NCBI GenBank assembly: GCA_964036045.1
Contig: OZ038378.1
Span: 199,206,001 to 199,270,000 of the forward strand
Length of the DNA: 64,000 bases
Direction: 5' to 3'
Origin: Eutreptiella sp. 'Long Island Sound 2002'
Lineage: Eukaryota > Protista > Euglenida
Position 1 is the stretch's first letter. Each line of letters opens with the position of its first letter. Positions 57,618 through 64,000 of the stretch are shown piece by piece. The translations under genes were made by a program, and so were the position numbers. A model generated the notes under the pieces. The model had not been told where the DNA came from and did not search any database. It saw only the letters and a list, made by a program, of their open reading frames with translations.

Positions 57618-58367
57618 GAGATAAAATTATGACCCCCCATTTTTGGCCGAACCCCCATTTTAGGCCGCAAACTGCAAAAAGCGTTTTCGGGTCCCGACTC
57701 CATAGGGTTGGGCTAGGCAGAGCACTGCTATAGTGTTTAGCCATTTTCAGCCATTTTTGTTATGTTGGTGTTTTTGCCGGCTTTCGTGACGATGTGGTGT
57801 TGCCGTAGAGGGGTAAGATGCGGGATGTTGTGACATTATACCCATGGTAGGATGCAAAATGACTATTGTTTGTGTTGCTCTTGTTGTCACTTCCCATAGG
57901 CCTCTTTCTTGGAGGCTTTGACCTTAACGTGGATATGGTATACAATCGTTTGTTTCAATGTTCAACCCGTGTGTGGTGTGTGCGTGCCAAGATATCAATT
58001 CCAATCATGCTCGAATTGCGAGGTGCAACATTCCTACATCCTACCACTACTGCAAACCATCAGTTCTATGTTCAACCTTGTAGGGGGGGCAGCTCATAGA
58101 GGCTCTAGATCTCCATATGTACAGGGCGCCGCCAACACACCGCAGCTCCTAGCCTTGCGGCCTAGCGACGTTGCAACAAGACACACATTGCATGCCGTGT
58201 GCCCTACCTCTCCCCACAAACCATCCCCATGCATCCCTGTGAAAGACATTGGGGGGGGGGGGGTTGCAGAAAAACGCACCTCTACCCCCGGTTGGGAGCG
58301 GCAGGTGCTAGATGGCGAGAAGACATTCATTGACCATGTCACGAAGCCCACACACTGCGACCCTCTG

Positions 58368-58412
58368 GGGTTCGAACCCGGCCGGCGGGCGACGAGCATA
58401 GCCACTACACTA
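58368..58412 (-). ncRNA. tRNA-derived Pol III promoter relic (SINE head or tRNA pseudogene); not a functional tRNA
   Basis: A-box TAGTGTAGTGG (58412-58402) and B-box GGGTTCGAACCC (58379-58368). The spacing is only 33 nt and the acceptor stem does not pair. Confidence 0.4.
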
Positions 58413-58855
58413 TAATTTGACGAGGTTAGGTTACCTGCCGCGCAAGCGCAAAGGGTGGGGGGCGTTCTAGCCGCTCGGTGCATCCCAATATCCCCCGGGA
58501 TTTGACCCACCGCCCGTACCACACGAGACCCGCCGCTTACCACTCAACTATGGACGACGATACTGGGCTACACCTCAGTTCACACAGGTACCAATAACCT
58601 AATCCTCTAACGATGCGAGGGCGGGTATGAGCAAGCATTCAATTCTGCCCTGTTGGCCCTTCCGGTGCCGCCATCCAGCCAACCATGGAAAGGGAGAGCA
58701 GAAAAACATTCAAGTAATTCAACACAAAGAGAGTACGCAAAAAAATTGCAACAAAGTGTCTAGAGGCGAAGAGGTGTGAGAGGTGGGACATGCTACAACT
58801 GGATAACGACCGTGTTGAGCCCGTGGTGCGCCCGCTTCTCGAGCAGGAATTGAGC

Positions 58856-59300
58856 CTACCTAGGATGGCTCAAGACCCCCTGATTAGCGAGGGAATCGGC
58901 CCGTTCATTACCTAGTACCCCCACATGACTACAAATGTGCCTCCAGTGGGTGGTGGTGGTATGGGAGTCAAGAGCATCTACCAGGGGAGCCCAAAGATCG
59001 CAGTGTGGTATGTGGCGGCCCGCAAGGAGCCAACATTGCAGATGGGTAGTGGCCCCACCATACACATATTTACTGTCTGTCACTACACGCAGGGGCTGTG
59101 CCGTGGGCACCGCTCGCAGGGCCGCGATGCTCGCCGACAGTTCCGCTCTATCGTTTGTTTGTTCTAGGCCATGAAGGTAGAAAGACATATTTTTTTGGTC
59201 AAGTGGCCCAAACCACACGCCACAACCTACAATGTTGTGAGTGAGTGTGTGCATGCAAGATTGAGGGTGCTTGCATGAAGCCCGACACACGCGTCCTAGG
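58856..59300 (-). pseudogene. RNase H1-like domain of a decayed non-LTR retrotransposon
   Basis: GCGVWFGPLDQKNMSFYL.GLEQTNDRAEL...LRVVTDSKYVYGG...DLW...WRHICSHVGVLGNERADSLANQG. E, D and D are retained; the first Asp (YTDG) is degenerate. Confidence 0.85.
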
Positions 59301-61114
59301 GCTTGTTTTCCAAAGGGGTGCTGAAGGGATGGGCTTTTGGCATCCCCTCCCTGCATTGCTCGACCAACGTTGATGCCTAAATTGGGGCCCGCCTGTATGC
59401 TCAATGCAGGGTTGTTCTACCTCCTAACACTGCTAATAGGGGTTCTGGGCTAGAGTGCTCGGTTGTGCCAGTGTTTCATATCAATTCTATTTTTTGTGTC
59501 CAATTGGACGTAGGTGTCAATGTCTAGCGGGTACACCGCCGCATCTATCATTAGGGCCACGTGCATAGCCTTGCGTAAAGCCTTTGCCGGCTCATTCTCT
59601 GGTGTTGAAGGACTATGCTATTGGACGAGGCATATCGTTAGGCAACAACCCATGTTGGCCGTAGAGACCTGGCCGGTGTTGGGTACGGGACTACAATAAC
59701 ATGCCACATTTGAAAGGTCTTGGGCCTAACCTCTTGGCATCTACCACATCGGGGCACAACACGGAAATTGTGCGGGCTAGTCATTGAATCCATCGGCCCT
59801 ACCTCACGTATATATAGCACTTCAGTTGGGGGGTGTTGCCCCCTCAGCGCTGAAGTGCACGTGTGTGTCTTTGTTTGCCCTGCCCCGCCCACACAGTATC
59901 CCGCGGTGGCACCATGCTTATGCCATGTTGAAAATTCAAAACATGGTGTTCGGCCTACCTCCTCATCGGTGGGCCCGGAGGACACAAGGTAGTAAAAGAG
60001 TTTGCCCCCTACCTGCTTCTCACCTAATTTACTACTTACCCGCACTTGAACACATTGCATCTGTTCATCTTGAGACATCAAAGGGTGATAGAGACCTTGT
60101 GAGAGCTTTTTTGAATGACAAAGGGGGGGCCCTAACATACTGCGGGGGCCCTGGGTTCTATGTCCAGTGTTTTGGCATCTACCCGTTTACCTGCCCCTTA
60201 TGGGGCCTCACTTGTGAGGACTTTACTGTTTTCAAGCCAGCTTGGGTTGGCTAAACAAAACCCGAAAATCACCTCCCAGCCACACAGGCCCACATATATG
60301 GGTACACATGCAAGAAAAGGTTCCCAAGCGAATGGGTGTGGGATCATGCATAGTGGTCGCTATCCACCCCCACCCCCCTCCCCAAGAGGGGGACACCTTG
60401 CATGGGGCTGAAGAGGGCCAAAATGGAAAAATTCCTTTGATGATAATAGGACGCATGGAAAAAATCCGGGATTGGACGCCCTCAGGTAACGGAGTACTCA
60501 CGGCTGCGCTTGATCGCACAACTCCTCTTAGAGGGGGTTTGCGGAAAACGCAAACCTGGTAGAGCTAAATATGCACCCACAACTGGGCTACTGCAAAGTT
60601 CTTTCATACCATACCCCCTGCCTTTGCCCATCTTGTTCCACTCAATGCCTTTTGGCTCTTATGGATATTGGAGGGGCATCATCCACCATCCGGGCAGCCC
60701 ATGGGGATCAGAGCAGACTGAACGGGTCTATAGCCCAATATGCAAATTCGAGGTGATTTTGCACGATCTCTTGAGGCTATGGTTGCCACTCATCTACACA
60801 CAGCGCCTAAACTATCCAAGGTAACTTGGAAAACCTTGGGATTCGGTGTTTGTCCACTCCCTTGGACTAGGCTTGCATTTGCAGCCCACAATAATTTCTC
60901 CAGCATCTTTGCCTATTCAAGGTGGCCAGCACTCGCCGCTTTTGGGGGGCAGAGGGGCGGGTATTTTGACAGCCCTCACAACGTGGTAACCCCCCCCCCC
61001 CCCCCACACACACACTGACAGGGAACTAGTGAATTTGAATCGACCCTTTTTACTCTGGAGGGGGGGGTCCATAAGTGGGGGGCGGGCGGGGGGGGGGGGG
61101 GGTAAATCAAGAGT

Positions 61115-63498
61115 GCTGTTTTGCAAGCAATCGTCCCTCACCAAAATTGGCTGCCTCTTTGACAGGTGTGCTTCTATCTGCGGCTGTAGGTGTCTACCGG
61201 GAGGCATCCTCTTAGGTCATACATGTACCATGGCGATGCGTGGTCCGTGTGGTGAGCAATGCGCTTAGGACATTGCCGGCAGCCAGGAGTGCATTTGATG
61301 GCATCAGACGCCCACTGCCTGCGCACGTTTTGTCTGCTACTTTTAGGCCGTAGTTCCCCTTAAAAGCCCATGAACCAAGAAACAGGTGAAAAGCTGTGAA
61401 CATGGGCAAAAATGGGTGGAAAATGGGGCATGGCATTTTTTTTTGACTGACTCCAGACATTCAAAGAGTACTCAAGACTGTGCTTGGGAAAGTGGGCGAC
61501 TCCAGCATATGATAGAGTGGATCGCTGCAACGTGGGGCACATGGCAAAGACCCAGAGTTCACATGCGTATACCAGAGGGCTCTCTAATGCGGTAGGCAAA
61601 ACCGCCACGCCATATGGCAAGCCTATAACGCGTAGGAGTTAAGGGGGGAGAAAGGACATGGTGGATCACGTGTGTGCCATTCCCCACAAGTCCTCAAGGG
61701 TGACAAGCTTTTGTCGCTTTGCAGGGGCCATGTCCGGTGGCGGGCGTTGGCCTAGGATGCCGGGCCTTGTGCGGCACTGGCGTTTAGGGAGAGGCGACTC
61801 CACCCGGTGGGCGGCGCGCTCAGATGCCCACAACTGGCTCATCACCGAAAAGAGCTCAACCCTTCGGTTATGCCGCTGGTAGTGCCGGTCTGCGGAGGTG
61901 GTCCACACTCTAGCACGTCGCAGAAGGGAGTGCCAGTGCCGTAATTGCCGCACCAGATCATCTAGCACGTCGCAGTATGAGTTCAGCAGTGAGGCCCGAG
62001 AACGGCACGCTGATGCAGAAACCAAGGCTGGGCCACATACTGCATTGCCGAGGCTACCTGCTGTGCTCCTGGGTCTGCGGCAGTGGAACACAGGCACGGG
62101 TTGAGATATTGCACTACCCATGATGTGGTGTGGTACGACTGCGGCCGGTCCCATGTGTGCACCGCTTTGTGGTGAGATGCCTCTTGAGAGGCGTGGCCAT
62201 CGCACCGCGATGTTCTCTCTTGGGGCCCTGTATACCCTACTTGATTGCGGAGGACAGAGTCCGTAGGGTTAGGTCGTAGGCTCGTGGGCGTAGCTTCGTG
62301 TACCATGCCGGCACCGCTGTGGACGGCGTGGGCGGAACCTGTGGGTCGCGGGGGGGGGGGGGCAAAAGGGCGATACTTACTCGATTAATGCGTGTGAAAA
62401 TGGGGCATGACATTTCTTCGGTGCACAAGCAGCTCAAAAGCACCTGCTACCTACCATAAAGCATGGATTGCTAGTAGAACCAGTCAGCCAAATAGTTGCG
62501 GTGCGCACGTGCTGCGCTGAAGGCCCCCCCCCCCCCCGCCGCCATGGATGGCTTGAAGGGATGGTGGGCTTCATAGCAGCCAGTTTGAGGCCTTTTCATG
62601 TGTTTTGCAGCGATGGCTGACATCGTGGTTGTGGTGGTGTTGTGTGTTGCATGTGGGTGGGTGGTGTGTGGTGTGTCGGCTTGGTGTGCCGGCGCGGCCT
62701 TGCGCTTGTGCCCTCGGTGTGTTGTGCATGCTCGGGGTGGTGTGTTGTGTCCCGTGTTGCCGTGGTGTCTCTCCTAGCCCTCTCCCCTTCTCCTCGGTCC
62801 CTTGCACGAGCATTGCTGACAGTCATGACACATTCGTGGTGTTGTGCCCCGTCGTTGTCTCCGATGTGCGCTCTGCCGCGCAGGGCTGCACCCAGGCAAA
62901 GCTTGCGTGGCCGCGGGTGTATATGTAGCTTGGATTGGGTTGGGGGGGGGGGGGGGGGGGGGGCACGCCGGGCCCGTCCGTGGTAGTGGTTTGCTGGTGG
63001 TCCGGTGTACTTTTCTTTTGTGGCCGGCTCGCTTGGTGCGTGTGGTATTTCTGAAAAAGATTTTCAGAAGGAGATGGAAGGTTTCTTGGGCAGTTTGGGT
63101 TTTAAATCGGAAGGGGGGGGGGGGGGGGGGCTGATTTGGGCCCCTGCCAAGTGGGGCTATAATTTGGGGCATCAATAAGAGGAGGGGTATATGTGTGTCT
63201 GTGTGGGGGGGGGGGGGGAATTGCAGGTCACGCGCCGGCAGGGAGAAATCTGCACGTTTCACTGCAGGTGGTGGGCGTTTGATGCCATCAAATGCACTCC
63301 TGGCTGCCAGCAATGTCATGCAGCGCGTAGCTCAGCACATGGCCCACGCATTGCCATGGCACGTGTCTGACCTGAGAGGATGCCTCCCTGCAGATATCTA
63401 CAGCTGCAGATGGAAGCACACCAGCCAAAGTAGCAACCAATTTGCGCAGGTCCATAAATGCGCTAAGAAACACTGGGGGAGGGACCATTTGCTTGCAG
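61115..63498. repeat. Long imperfect inverted repeat: arms ~61115-61330 and ~63255-63498
   Basis: 61271-61315 matches the reverse complement of 63272-63316 at 43/45. Homology continues outward through GGGAGGCATCCTCT.AGGTCA and TGCAAGCAA, with one ~33-nt indel. Confidence 0.85.
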
Positions 63499-64000
63499 CC
63501 CAGTTCCCTTGCAGCGGGGGGTCATTTTTTCTACCGCCACCCACAGTCAGGGTTGAGGAGTGTGCGATGCCCGTTCCGGTATTGCATACTGACAACAAAA
63601 TCCTACAGCTCACGGTGCTTTCCCAAACGGCCATTTGTCGCTGCAGCCAAACGCTGCCAAATCCAGCACGGTACAGAGCAAGCATCCTGCATTGTTAACC
63701 CAGCATTCAGCCCCCCTGCCCCCCTGTCCTGCAAGCCAATTTCTAACGAATCGCTGACCGAGCCTGCGCCCTCCTTAACCATGGAAAAAAAAAGTGTTCC
63801 GGTACGCCCTTATTCTGGAGAAGCCCGCCTGCAAGAGTCCACCTCAACCACGTTCAGTCCAACCAACTCGGGTACCCTCCAACCGTCGTCGGTTACCCCC
63901 AGCCGTCATCGGTTGGCCTCACACCGTCATCGGTTTCCCCCGAACAGCCGTCGAATACCACCCACCACTGGGCCATCCACACAGACCGTCTTTCGCAGGA

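Larger units (their letters stand above)
57950..60520 (-). mobile_element. Decayed RNase H-containing LINE-like element; boundaries uncertain
   Basis: The RNase H relic has an upstream VWLGGDFR motif near 60290-60265, resembling the APE-endonuclease GGDFN. The region between them is stop-riddled and no RT motif is legible. Confidence 0.45.

Noticed and set aside
58361-58419. Functional tRNA gene
   Set aside because: The anticodon arm is too short and the acceptor stem is unpaired; kept only as a tRNA-derived relic.

Overview
This is eukaryotic, repeat-rich genomic DNA. A euglenid or similar protist is inferred from the canonical GT-AG introns, the abundant poly-G/poly-C tracts in MITE-like repeats and a euglenozoan-style class III cyclase exon; the taxon cannot be proven from this window. 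The dominant feature is a giant + strand gene. An exon encoding a SAM domain (9330-9805) splices in frame, via a phase-0 GT-AG intron (9806-10840), onto a single uninterrupted 20.5-kb exon (10841-31354). That exon encodes an apparently intact R-S-ExE cholera-toxin-like ADP-ribosyltransferase domain, followed by about 6,200 aa of armadillo-like repeats interrupted by a disordered acidic/basic/Pro linker. The spliced product is at least about 7,000 aa with a SAM-ART-ARM(n) architecture, i.e. the SARM1 parts list with an ART in place of TIR, and its ARM array shows recent and old in-frame block duplications. Two copies of a small inverted-repeat-bounded cassette carrying a 111-aa SH3/Tudor-like ORF flank the SAM and ART/ARM exons in direct orientation. 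The rest of the window is mostly decayed mobile DNA: a Sola-like deletion derivative, a Gag-like relic with a CCHC knuckle, a 1.93-kb direct duplication containing an unidentified coding repeat, a hAT element with TIRs and an 8-bp TSD, an RNase H-bearing non-LTR relic, a tRNA-derived head, long inverted repeats and a patchwork of minisatellites. There is also one degenerate adenylate/guanylate cyclase exon on the minus strand. No rRNA, functional tRNA or CRISPR array was found.
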